Assembly: GCA_964361595.1 (NCBI GenBank)
Contig: CAYIAX010000001.1
Span: forward strand, 32,100-96,099
Direction: 5' to 3'
DNA: 64,000 nt
From: an uncultured Candidatus Saccharibacteria bacterium
Lineage (GTDB): Bacteria; Patescibacteriota; Minisyncoccia; UBA6257; 2-01-FULL-56-20
The position numbers and the translations under genes are program-made. Position 1 is the stretch's first letter. Every line of letters starts with the position of its first letter. A model generated the notes under the pieces. It saw only the letters and a list, made by a program, of their open reading frames with translations, was not told where the DNA came from and made no database searches. Positions 19,503 through 29,161 of this stretch are shown here, one piece after another.

Positions 19503-21119
19503 ATGAAAGATCTTTTAACCCAGCTTAAAAGCGAGATTAAAGGCGAAATCCTCGCCGATGATGCATCGCTTGAGCATTATGCAAAGGACGGCAGTATTTT
19601 TAAAGTTAAGCCTTGGGCCGTCGTGATGCCGGCGGAGAGGGAGGATATATCTGCGCTTGTTAAGTGGGCGAGCAAGACAAAAGCGGAGTCCGGCGATCCC
19701 AAGATTTCCCTAACTTGCCGGGGCAAGGCCACCGACCAGGCCGGCGGCCCCTTGAACGACGGCATTATCGTCCGCTTCCCCGGTTATCTCGATAAAGTCA
19801 TCGAAACCGGAGCGGGTTTTATCCGCGTCGAGCCGGGCGTGCTCTGGGGACAGGTTTTCGACGCGGCCGGAAAATTCGGCGAATATCTGCCGCCCTATCC
19901 AGCGTCCTACAAATTCTCGACCATCGGCGGCGCGGTGGCGAACAATTGCGGAGGCGAAAAAAGCGTGAAATACGGCTCGATGCGCGATTGGGTGCAGTCG
20001 GTAAAAATGATTCTCGCGGACGGGAAGGAAGTTGAATTCAAGCGCTATTCGGAAAAAGAAATCGAAACCAAGCAAACGCAGAGTGATTTGGAAGGCGAGA
20101 TTTATCGGAAAATGTCGGACCTCCTGGTTTCCAAGCATAATCTAATCCAGAATTCTCGCTTGAAAGTTACAAAAAGCTCAACGGGATATTGGCTTTACGA
20201 TTTGCTGGGTGAGGACGGCAGCATTGACCTTGCACGGCTAATTGCCGGTTCGCAGGGGACTTTGGGTGTGATTACGGAAATTACTTTGCGGACGATTAAA
20301 AAGCCGGTGCAGACGGCGTTACTTCTCGCTTCTTATGATGATTTGAAAAAAGCCGGTGAAGCCGTGTCGCGGGTTTTGGCTTTGGGTCCGAGCGCGTTTG
20401 AGCTCGTGGACAGTTATTTGATTAAGATGATTACCAAAGCCAGGCCCGAACTTACGGAATCCCTTGTGAAGGGTGGTGCGAGCCCAGCGCTGGTTCATTA
20501 CATCGAGTTTGAAGGCGAGGAAGCGGAGCTTAAGGACAAAATCGGCCAAGCGAGAAATTTGATCGCTGATTTGGCTATAAGACTTGAGGAAGCTTATGGA
20601 AAGGAAGAGCAAGAAAAGCTTTGGGCTACGCGGCGGCTTGCGGCCATCATCGCCGAAACTGCGGAAGGGGAGAAGAAGGCACTGCCCTTCATCGAGGATT
20701 CAACCGTGCCGCCGGAGCGGCTGGCGGAGTATTTGGGCGGGCTTTATGAAATATTCAAAAAATACGGCGTGGAATTTTCAGTTTGGGGGCACGCCGGGAA
20801 TGCCAATTTGCACGTCCAGCCGTTTCTCAATTTAGCTAAGCCACGAGATGATGAAGAAGTGTTCGAGCTTGCCGAAGAAGTTTATGATTTGGCCATCCGC
20901 CTGGGCGGCGCGATCTCCGGCGAGCACAACGACGGCATCATGCGCACGCCGTTTTTGCCTAAGCAATTCAGCGAGGAAATGATGCAGGTTTTTGTGCAGG
21001 TAAAAAACATTTTTGATCCGCAGAATATTTTCAATCCCAATAAAAAAATCGGTGCTGACTTGGCCTACGCGAAAAAGCATTTACGTAACGAATATGTTGT
21101 AGAGATCGGCCCGCCGTAA
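19503..21119 (+). CDS. FAD-linked oxidoreductase (GlcD/D-lactate dehydrogenase-like)
   Basis: TIGG.VANN, GSQGTLGVITE, GHAG..NLH, ISGEHNDG, FDP.NIFNP.K. Confidence 0.9.
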   Translation: MKDLLTQLKSEIKGEILADDASLEHYAKDGSIFKVKPWAVVMPAEREDISALVKWASKTKAESGDPKISLTCRGKATDQAGGPLNDGIIVRFPGYLDKVIETGAGFIRVEPGVLWGQVFDAAGKFGEYLPPYPASYKFSTIGGAVANNCGGEKSVKYGSMRDWVQSVKMILADGKEVEFKRYSEKEIETKQTQSDLEGEIYRKMSDLLVSKHNLIQNSRLKVTKSSTGYWLYDLLGEDGSIDLARLIAGSQGTLGVITEITLRTIKKPVQTALLLASYDDLKKAGEAVSRVLALGPSAFELVDSYLIKMITKARPELTESLVKGGASPALVHYIEFEGEEAELKDKIGQARNLIADLAIRLEEAYGKEEQEKLWATRRLAAIIAETAEGEKKALPFIEDSTVPPERLAEYLGGLYEIFKKYGVEFSVWGHAGNANLHVQPFLNLAKPRDDEEVFELAEEVYDLAIRLGGAISGEHNDGIMRTPFLPKQFSEEMMQVFVQVKNIFDPQNIFNPNKKIGADLAYAKKHLRNEYVVEIGPP

Positions 21120-21126
21120 AAATAAC

Positions 21127-21831
21127 TCAAATAGCTTGCGCAGTTTGCGCGGCGGATACGTTTTTGTTGCCTGGTCTTATTCGTACGAATAAGACCAGGC
21201 AACAAATAAGGTGATACGGATGGGGAGGTATTCTGGTAAGTGAAAATAAAATCCGCCGCGACCCAACCTCGAAAGGTGGATCGTCGGCGGACGCGCGGAT
21301 AAGAACGAGTGTGCCGTCCGCGACCCAGACGAACAGGTCGCAGAAATCTTGTCGACGGAGGAAGACCGAGCCAACGCTCACCGGTTCCCCGATGAGTTTG
21401 GGATCGATCGTTGGCTGACCAGTCGACAGGTGCTGCGGCCAGCCGAGGACGCCAGTGGACACGATCGTGCCGGTTTCGTCTTGGAGCACGATGAATGCTC
21501 CAAACGAAACGCGATCCAGGTCGCCTTCGCGTATTTCTTGGATCAGCTTGCCGGCCACGGTGAAGCGGCCGGTCGGCGTCGGCTGCTCCGGCCTGCCGGC
21601 GGAGCAGGGGAAAGAAAACTCCTCCTGCTTGCCGCGGAAGGCCTGCAGCTGGCACTTGCCGTTCCGGTCACGCAAGGTGACCAGAATCCGTTTCGCGGCC
21701 GGTGCCGGGGCAGGTGTCTCCTCTACAGCCGGAGCAGCCTGAATAGGCCGTTTCTTGCCGCTGCCGCACCCGTGCGCGAGCACGAATGCCGCAAGCAGTA
21801 AGAAAGCCGCGACAAAAATAATTTTTTTCAT
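21127..21831 (-). CDS. Secreted/lipoprotein with L,D-transpeptidase (YkuD)-like fold, catalytic His/Cys absent
   Basis: FPCSAG...TPTGRFTV..K, GTLVLI; signal peptide. Confidence 0.65.
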   Translation of the reverse strand: MKKIIFVAAFLLLAAFVLAHGCGSGKKRPIQAAPAVEETPAPAPAAKRILVTLRDRNGKCQLQAFRGKQEEFSFPCSAGRPEQPTPTGRFTVAGKLIQEIREGDLDRVSFGAFIVLQDETGTIVSTGVLGWPQHLSTGQPTIDPKLIGEPVSVGSVFLRRQDFCDLFVWVADGTLVLIRASADDPPFEVGSRRILFSLTRIPPHPYHLICCLVLFVRIRPGNKNVSAAQTAQAI

Positions 21832-21911
21832 AATCCCTCCCGGGATTCAGCTTTTTATATCATATATCAAAAACTAAATAATGTCAAAAGATAAAAAAGG
21901 AGGCAACCGTT

Positions 21912-22520
21912 TCAAGTTCCTCCTGTATATGCCGCCGATCTCCGCTTGACGCGGATGATGAGGACGATGGTGATGAGCGTGCAAGCGGTGGCTCTTGCCG
22001 TATAAATCATTCCCCACTTGTCTGCGGACAAGTAGCCGGTAACGAAGGCCAGTGACGCCGCGACGCAGGCGATTGTCCAACAGCCCAGTGACTCTGGATT
22101 CTCTTTGGCATGACGCAACTTCTTCCAGAGCGGCCCGTACGCCACAACCATTACCGACTGGAAAGCGAGGTTGGAGATAAAAGGTCTGCCGCTCACAGCC
22201 CAAATCACAAGTCCCACGCCCGCGATCCAAAGGCAAGCCTGTTCGTAGGACTCGAACTTCCAGGCGCCCGGTTTGCCGAAGATCGTGATTGCGAGGATGA
22301 TCATCAGAACATCCACGAAATCCACGACATTCGCGATGTTACTCACGGGGTCAGGCTGTTTGGATGAGAAGTAACTGGCCAGGCTAAGCACGATGCCTGT
22401 TTCGAAGATGAGCCAGGTAGTGAGGGTCGGCCGGACCTGCTTGCGGATTACAAAGTATGAATAGCGGCCCCCCATCCACAACGTGAGGACGGTCGCCGCA
22501 ATTGCGCAGAACTCGCGCAT
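21912..22520 (-). CDS. Multi-TM membrane protein (PQ-loop-like)
   Basis: RPTLTTWLI, P.WKK....PES...W; SD GAGGAGG. Confidence 0.65.
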   Translation of the reverse strand: MREFCAIAATVLTLWMGGRYSYFVIRKQVRPTLTTWLIFETGIVLSLASYFSSKQPDPVSNIANVVDFVDVLMIILAITIFGKPGAWKFESYEQACLWIAGVGLVIWAVSGRPFISNLAFQSVMVVAYGPLWKKLRHAKENPESLGCWTIACVAASLAFVTGYLSADKWGMIYTARATACTLITIVLIIRVKRRSAAYTGGT

Positions 22521-22584
22521 TGAGACACCTCCTCAAGTGGCTGCGCACAAAATAAAACAAATCTAAGCTTTTGTCAAAAATAAT

Positions 22585-23862
22585 TTAGCCCAGCCGGTCG
22601 TTCTCGGCAAAAATCTTGAGGCCGTGAAACCAGGTGGCCAGGGCCGGGAGCGGACGCATGACGGATAAAAGGTAAAAAAGTTCCACTAATTCTTTTGCAA
22701 CCCAAGCAATAAATCCGGAAAGAATAAACGGCCCGATTTTCGCAATCGCGTACTTGCCGCCGATCGGGATGATATAGGGGTATTCACGCGGCTGGTAGCT
22801 GATTTTGTTTGCGGCAGACTTGGAATTTTCCGCTGCCATGATGTCCGCAAATATATTTACTGCCGCCACTTTCGCTTCCGTCAAGGCCGCGCGCGCCACG
22901 CCGGGCACCGGCCGTTGGGTTTGGGGATTCAAAAACGAAACAATATCGCCCAAAGCATAAACACGATTTTCAAGTTGGAGCTCGGGAGTTTGTGGCAGGC
23001 AGTTCATAGTTGGTTCCACTTCCAAGCGTCCGCGCGGTTCCCGTTTGAGGGACAAGTTCTCGATCACGCTTGCTGCTTTGGTGCCACCGTTCCAGATAAA
23101 GGTGTCATAAGGGATTTTTTCGTCCTTATCTAAAAAAACTTCGCGTGCAGTCAAAGAACGGACCTCTCGGTTTTCCAGTATCGTAACGCCCAGGCGGGCC
23201 AGGCGCCGGTGGGCCAGATTCACAATTTTAGGTGCGAAACCTGTAAGAATTGTGGGCGAACGTTCGATTACGGCAACGCTTAAACGGCACTGTTTTACCT
23301 CTTTTTCTAGTTCTCCGCACCAGGCCTTAAGTTCGCCGGCCAATTCCACGCCGGCGGAGCCGCCGCCGCCGATAACGATGCGGATAAGGGGCACACGCTC
23401 GTGCGCGAGCGTCCAGATCGCATCGCGGATGCGGATCGCGTCGGCGAAAGTTTTGAACGTGAGCGCATGCGCCGCCAGACCTGGAATATTGTAAAAATTA
23501 GTTTCGGAACCCAAAGCTAAAACCAGATAATCGAACTCAAGCGACTTGAGGCTTTTAAAATAAATTTCGCGGTTCAAAAGATCAAATCCGGCCACGCGCT
23601 CCTTGAGCAATGAGATTGGCAAGCCTTTAATCAAAAAACCAAGCGGCACAGTCGCAAGGTTGTGGAGATCGAACATACTCGCGGTTTCTTTAGATGTAGT
23701 CGCCACTTCGTAGAAAAGAGGCGTATAGGCGTGATGATCGGTCTCGTTTACAAGCACTACCTCGCAAGCTCGGTCCAGTTTTGCGTTTTTAAGTTTGCGC
23801 GCCAAGGTTAGCGCCGTCTTCAGTCCGCCGAAACCGGCGCCTAAAATAACAATTCGCTTCAT
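22585..23862 (-). CDS. ndh: Type II NADH dehydrogenase-family flavoprotein
   Basis: ILGAGFGG, YTPLFYE, LVLALGS, GVELAGE, YALGD. Confidence 0.85.
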   Translation of the reverse strand: MKRIVILGAGFGGLKTALTLARKLKNAKLDRACEVVLVNETDHHAYTPLFYEVATTSKETASMFDLHNLATVPLGFLIKGLPISLLKERVAGFDLLNREIYFKSLKSLEFDYLVLALGSETNFYNIPGLAAHALTFKTFADAIRIRDAIWTLAHERVPLIRIVIGGGGSAGVELAGELKAWCGELEKEVKQCRLSVAVIERSPTILTGFAPKIVNLAHRRLARLGVTILENREVRSLTAREVFLDKDEKIPYDTFIWNGGTKAASVIENLSLKREPRGRLEVEPTMNCLPQTPELQLENRVYALGDIVSFLNPQTQRPVPGVARAALTEAKVAAVNIFADIMAAENSKSAANKISYQPREYPYIIPIGGKYAIAKIGPFILSGFIAWVAKELVELFYLLSVMRPLPALATWFHGLKIFAENDRLG

Positions 23863-23878
23863 GTGATATTATTATCTC

Positions 23879-24988
23879 ATGATTAAGTATTTGAGCAACG
23901 CGCCCAAACAAGCCTTGCGCGGAACTGCTTTGCTACGATTGGATTTCAATACCGAGGACGAGTGGCGGATGCAGGCGGCCTTGCCGACCCTGCGGTTGCT
24001 CCTTCGGTCTGCGGACAAAATAATCATCGTGAGTCACAAAGGACGGCCCCTTGCGGGCAAGCCCGTCGGCCGCAAGGCAAAATTCAGTTTGCGAAAAAAC
24101 GGCGCCGATCTTTCCCGTAGCCTCAAGTGGCGAGTAATTTTTATTCCGCATTTCCGTTTCGCCGAAATTAAAAAACAAGTTTTGGCCGCGCCCAAAGGCA
24201 GTGTCTTTTTGCTCGAAAACATTAGGTTCCTTCCCGGCGAAACTTCGCGTAGTCCGGAGCTGGCCGAGATATTAGCAGGGCTCGCGGATTATTATGTGAA
24301 TGATGCGTTTGCCGTTTCGCATCGGAGCGATGCTTCGGTGGCGCGCGTAGAAAAATTTTTACCCAGCTATGCCGGGCTTGAATTAGAAAAAGAAATCAAA
24401 TCGCTTTCGCATTTGCGCGGTCGCCCGCGGCGGCCGCTCGTGATCGTCTTGGGCGGGGCAAAGGTTAGCGATAAGTTGGGCATCGTTACGGAATTTTTGA
24501 AAAAGGCTGATTATTTTTTGATCGGCGGCGCGGCGGCGAATACGCTTTTGGCAATGAAAGGGGAGCGGGTGGGCGCTTCTTTGCGCGAGCGAGATCCACG
24601 CGTGCTTCAAGGTTTGCGAAAATTACTTCGCAATCCAAAAGTTGTTTTGCCCATTGATGTGCATCGCGAGCGCAACGTTATTTATGATATCGGCCCGCGC
24701 ACAGCCGTAAAATTCGCCGGAATTTTAAAAAAAGCGCGAACGGTTTTCTGGAGCGGCCCCATGGGTTTGTTTGAAAAGAAAAAATTTGCGCAGGGTTCGC
24801 TCGCGGTAGCGCGGGCGATTGCGGCTAACCGCCGCGCGTTCTCCGTAACCGGCGGGGGAGAAACGGTGCGCTTTTTGAAACAGCATCGGTTGGACAAGAA
24901 ATTCAGCTTTATTTCCACCGGCGGCTCGGCCATGCTGGATTTTCTGGCCGGCGAAGAGCTGCCCGGCATAGCCGCTCTTTCTACTTAG
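23879..24988 (+). CDS. pgk: Phosphoglycerate kinase
   Basis: RLDFN, SH.GRP, LLENIRF, VNDAF..SHR, GGAKVSDK, STGG. Confidence 0.95.
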   Translation: MIKYLSNAPKQALRGTALLRLDFNTEDEWRMQAALPTLRLLLRSADKIIIVSHKGRPLAGKPVGRKAKFSLRKNGADLSRSLKWRVIFIPHFRFAEIKKQVLAAPKGSVFLLENIRFLPGETSRSPELAEILAGLADYYVNDAFAVSHRSDASVARVEKFLPSYAGLELEKEIKSLSHLRGRPRRPLVIVLGGAKVSDKLGIVTEFLKKADYFLIGGAAANTLLAMKGERVGASLRERDPRVLQGLRKLLRNPKVVLPIDVHRERNVIYDIGPRTAVKFAGILKKARTVFWSGPMGLFEKKKFAQGSLAVARAIAANRRAFSVTGGGETVRFLKQHRLDKKFSFISTGGSAMLDFLAGEELPGIAALST

Positions 24989-25057
24989 TCTGACAAATAC
25001 TTGTATTCGAATGGGCGCATTTGTAGTGCGCTATTCGCATGCAAAACAAAGGGTTTT

Positions 25058-25112
25058 TTGTCCACTGATTATGCACATTTGGTGTTGACTTGGATCTAGT
25101 AAAGCGTAATAT
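25058..25112 (+). promoter_or_regulatory. Putative sigma70 promoter preceded by two DnaA-box-like 9-mers
   Basis: TTGTCCACT 25058-66, TTATGCACA 25069-77, TTGACT 25085-90, TAATAT 25107-12. Confidence 0.55.
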
Positions 25113-25117
25113 CAAAG

Positions 25118-25827
25118 TCAGCGTCAATTGAAAAAACACAATTTGGATGCGTCCGGTGTGAAGAATGATCTGGAGCCAATGAAACCGTCTTTTAGGGAAA
25201 CCTACTGACGGCGGAGGAACCAGCGAATCTGGCCCAGCGTGTTCGCAAGAATGCGTCGGGTCGGAATCGATCTTTAGTCGCGGAGGTGTTCGGAACTTCG
25301 CGGCACGGAGCAGAACGGTTGGCGCAAGCTGGCCGTCTGCAAAAATCACCTTCCATCGTTTAGAGAAGTCTGCGCATGGATTGTTCCTCCAGTAATGGGG
25401 GTTCCTCTGGCAACAGGGGGTAATACTGGCGCAGGATTAGTTGGTGATGTATTTGCACCGGATTCGGCTGGCGAAAGTTGGTCGTTGAACGTGCGAGTTA
25501 CGTCGTCGCTCTTCATCCCTGGGGTGCTGCCCGAGGCGCCCTAAAATAAAAACTGCGGCCAGTTGGCAAACTGGCTCGCAGAAATCTCTTCTATGCGTCC
25601 TGTTCTGGAAAGGGTGAGGCGACATCTCTTTCGCTTTGGGAACCCCCGTTCCCTTAGCGTATACCGGCTGTGCTTTGCGCTCCGCCGGTAAAGACAGCGG
25701 AACTTCGGTTCCGCAGCCGGCTGACGCGGGAGCAATCCTGCGTTATGCGAGGGATGCCCCTCCACCCTGACCGGAATCTTCATTAGTGCCTCTCCGCTTC
25801 GTGCGTCGAGAGGCATTTTTCTTTTTT
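25118..25827 (+). ncRNA. Candidate large structured ncRNA (~700 nt), class unassigned; 5' end approximate
   Basis: No plus-strand ORF of 60 aa or more inside; about a dozen helices rich in G-U pairs, six GNRA loops, a cUUCGg loop, closing helix 25152-57/25770-75, promoter and terminator. Confidence 0.8.
25785..25827 (+). terminator. Intrinsic terminator of the candidate ncRNA
   Basis: AGTGCCTCTC/GAGAGGCATT stem followed by TTTCTTTTTT. Confidence 0.75.
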
Positions 25828-25841
25828 GGTATACTTAAAAA

Positions 25842-27537
25842 ATGGACGGCGAGACAAGAAACTGTCAGAACTGTAAAAATATTTTCACGATCGAGCCGGA
25901 AGATTTTTCGTTTTACGAAAAAATCAAAGTCCCGCCGCCGACGTTTTGCTGGCTATGCAGACGGCAACGCCGTTTGGCATGGAGGAATTATCTTAATTAC
26001 TATAAGCGAACCTGCGGCCTAACGAATGAACCGATAATTTCTTTATACGCTCCCGACTCGGGAATTACCGTTTACTCTCCGAAAGCATGGTTTTCGGATG
26101 ACTGGAATGCGCTTGATTATGGTCGTGATTATGATTTTTCGAAACCGTTTTTCGAGCAATATGCCGAACTTCTCCGCAGCGTTCCTAAGCCGGCGATGGA
26201 TAACGATGATGGATTAGCAAGCGTTAATTGTATGTATACGAATGATTTTGCCATGAGCAAAAATTGTTATTTGGTTATTAAAGCCTGGAAGGTTGAGGAT
26301 GTGATGTATTCGTTTTGGGTGGTAAGCGGCCGTGATTTTATGGACGCCCATATAAGTTTTGGCAAGGATGAAGGCAATTACGAAACCGTGAACACAGAAC
26401 ATTGTTATCAATGCCGTTATACTTATGATTCGCGCAGTTGTTCCGATTGCGCTTTTGTTTACGACTGCCGCAATTGCGACCACTGTTTCATGTGCACGGG
26501 ACTGCGCGGAAAATCTTATTATTTCAAGAACAAGGAGGTTGGCAAGGAACAGTACGAAAAGATCATCAAGGAATACTCCCTGCACTCTTATTCGGGAACC
26601 GAGCGGGCAAAGAAAGAATTTGAACCAATCCTAAATAACCATCCGCGTAAAGCTTTGCGCATGGTTAATTGTAAAAATTGTTTCGGTGACCTTGTTTTCA
26701 ATAGTAATAATTGTAAATACTGTTTTGTGGTGTTGGGCAGCGAAAATTACAAATACTGCAATTATGCCGATGGAGCAAAGGATGCCTATGATTCAGATGC
26801 GGGCGGAGGCGGAGAACTCATGTATGAGACCGATTTAAGCGCGTTCTCATCCCGCGTTATCGGCAGTTTTCTTGCCTGGCAGTGCCAAGATTCCTATTAT
26901 CTTACTCACACTTATAGGAGCCGCGATTGTTTCGGTTGTAGCGGCTTAAAAGATGCGCGGTATTGTATCTTGAACAAGCAGTATACTAAAGAAGAATACT
27001 TCGGAGCTTATGCCGAAAATCAGGCGGCACATGGACGAAATGCCCTATGTGAATTCACGGGGCAGGAAACACGCATTTGGTGATTATCCGCCAATCGAGC
27101 TTTCTTATTTTCCCTATAACGATACGGCGGCCCAGTCGCTTTATCCGCTAACGAAAGAGGAAGTCCAGGCGAATAATTTTAAATGGTCCGAACCGAATCG
27201 AGCGGAAGATTTATCAGGTGCAATTCCGGCCGAAGAACTGCCGGACAGCATTTTCGACGTAGGAGACGATATCCTCCAGAAAACGATCATTTCTAAATCA
27301 TCAAACCGAAAATACCGCATTACCCGACAGGAACTGCTTTTTTACCGCAAATATAAAATTCCACTTCCTCGGGAATCTTTTTTCGAGCGGTATGAAAGGC
27401 GAAGTCGTATGGCAACCTCGTTCCGTTTCTATGAAAGAAAAAGTGACAAGTCGGGAGAACCGATCATAACTTATTATCCACCGGAAGCTCCGCAAAAAGT
27501 ATGGAGTATTGATGAATATAAAGCCGAATTTGAATGA
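25842..27537 (+). pseudogene. Cys-rich zinc-ribbon/repeat protein split by a frameshift near 27003
   Basis: CQNC...VPPPTFC..CR; ...KEEYF continues as ELMPKIRRHM if one G is removed; ORFs 25842-27083 and 27010-27537. Confidence 0.75.
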
Positions 27538-28149
27538 ATATGAACTCCGAAACCAGAAACTGTCAGAACTGTAAAAATATTTTCACGATTGAACCAGAAG
27601 ATTTTTTGTTCTACGAAAAAATCAAAGTCCCGCCGCCGACTTTCTGTCCGCAGTGTCGGATGCAGCGGCGGATGGCATTTCGGAACGAAAGGACGTTATT
27701 CAGGCAAAAGTGCGCTCTGACCGGAAAAGATATTATCAGCTGCTTTTCCCCTGAATCGAAAATGGTGGTTTATGATCGTGATGTTTGGTGGAAAACCGAC
27801 TGGGATCCCTTGACGGTCGGAGTCCAGTACGATTTTAACATCCTATTTTTCCTTCAGTTCAAAAAACTCATGGAACGAACTCCGATGCCGGCTGTATTCA
27901 GCGGCAGATCGGAGAATAGCATCTATGGAAATTATATCAGCGACTTTAAAAATGCCTATTTAGTATCGGCATCGAACCTGCATGTGCAGTTTAGGGGTCG
28001 GGAACCAGGAGCCTGGCACCAGGTACCAGAATACCAGTTTGCACTTTCATGGCGATGCTCCGTGTCCGAATGAATTTGAAACCAGCTATGCGCCGGAACG
28101 CCAGGAGACTGTTTATTGTGAGCAGTGCTACAACGCAGAGATTATTTAG
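27534..28149 (+). pseudogene. Paralog of the preceding Cys-rich protein with internal deletion and frameshift
   Basis: Same N-terminus; C-terminal CPNEFETSYAPERQETVYCEQCYNAEII* lies in another frame after about 27975. Confidence 0.75.
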
Positions 28150-28216
28150 GAGATTGTAAACCGAATTTATCGGTGATATACTCATTTCTTGCTGTTAAAT
28201 TTAGCAAGCTCTGCTG

Positions 28217-29161
28217 ATGGTATACGACATTTATTTTCATGATGATTTTGACGGGCGCGCTTCGGCGGCGGTGCTTTGGGATTATTTAAAAAAACGGGGA
28301 GACGATATCAAGGGTTTTTATACAGTTGATTATGCGCTCGAACCGCGCTGGCCGAAGTTCAAATTCCCGCGGCCGGCGATTATTGTGGATTTTCTTTACC
28401 ATCCCAAAGCCGCGATGTGGTTCGATCACCATGTGATGCCGTTCCTTTTGCCTGCCTGGAAAAAATCTTTCCGGCGCACGAAAAATATGCATTGGGATTC
28501 GCGCTATGCTTCCTGTTGCCATTTTATTATGGACGAGCTTACGAAGTACCTTGGTTACCGCCCGCCGGTGCATATCCGCGAATTGGCGAAATGGCTAGAC
28601 GTAATTGACGGCGCGAATTACAAGTCGGCCAGGCAAGTGATTGAAATGAAAGAAGCGCCGATTCAGCTCGCGTATTTCATCGAAGGCAGGGGCAAAAAGG
28701 GCGATCCGAAGACGTGGCTCATAAAATTGTTGGCGGAAATGCCTTTAGGGGAGATCGTCAAAGTGCCGCGCGTAGCAAAAACCATAAGCCGGATCCGCAA
28801 AGATCTCACAAGCTCGCTTGCATACTACCGCGCGCATTCCGAAGTAAACGGCAAAACGGTTTTTACCAATGTTACCGAACACACCGGGCTTAAGGTCAGG
28901 TTTGCCCCTTTTTATCTTTTTCCAACTTGCGTTTATAGTCTTACGCTCAAGCGTGAGCGGGGCGGCAATTATCATTTGACTGTGGGCGCAAGCCCCTGGC
29001 GAAGAGAAGAGAATGGATTTCACATCGGCAAATTCATGCATGAGCGTTTCGGCGGCGGGGGACATAAAAACGTCGGCGGCGCTGATATCCAGAGTGGAAA
29101 ACGGGCCTTGGCCATTACACGCGAAATTATAAAATTCTTGCTTAAGCGTTATGGCTGGTAA
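28217..29161 (+). CDS. DHH/DHHA1 phosphoesterase
   Basis: H.D.DG, VDF, FDHH, GGGH...GG. Confidence 0.88.
   Translation: MVYDIYFHDDFDGRASAAVLWDYLKKRGDDIKGFYTVDYALEPRWPKFKFPRPAIIVDFLYHPKAAMWFDHHVMPFLLPAWKKSFRRTKNMHWDSRYASCCHFIMDELTKYLGYRPPVHIRELAKWLDVIDGANYKSARQVIEMKEAPIQLAYFIEGRGKKGDPKTWLIKLLAEMPLGEIVKVPRVAKTISRIRKDLTSSLAYYRAHSEVNGKTVFTNVTEHTGLKVRFAPFYLFPTCVYSLTLKRERGGNYHLTVGASPWRREENGFHIGKFMHERFGGGGHKNVGGADIQSGKRALAITREIIKFLLKRYGW

Noticed and set aside
24981-25816. Minus-strand ORFs of 122, 62 and 91 aa
   Set aside because: No recognisable domains or convincing starts; tetraloop and G-U polarity favour a + strand RNA.
25118-25827. tmRNA, group I or group II intron as the identity of the structured region
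   Set aside because: GGAATCGA (25263) and CCCCTCCACC (25757) resemble tmRNA ends but there is no T-loop or CCA, and both sit in other helices. I found no domain V or P7 signature, and no interrupted host gene.
25842-28149. Diversity-generating retroelement TR/VR pair
   Set aside because: The repeat is at 5' ends, mismatches are not adenine-specific, and there is no reverse transcriptase in the window.
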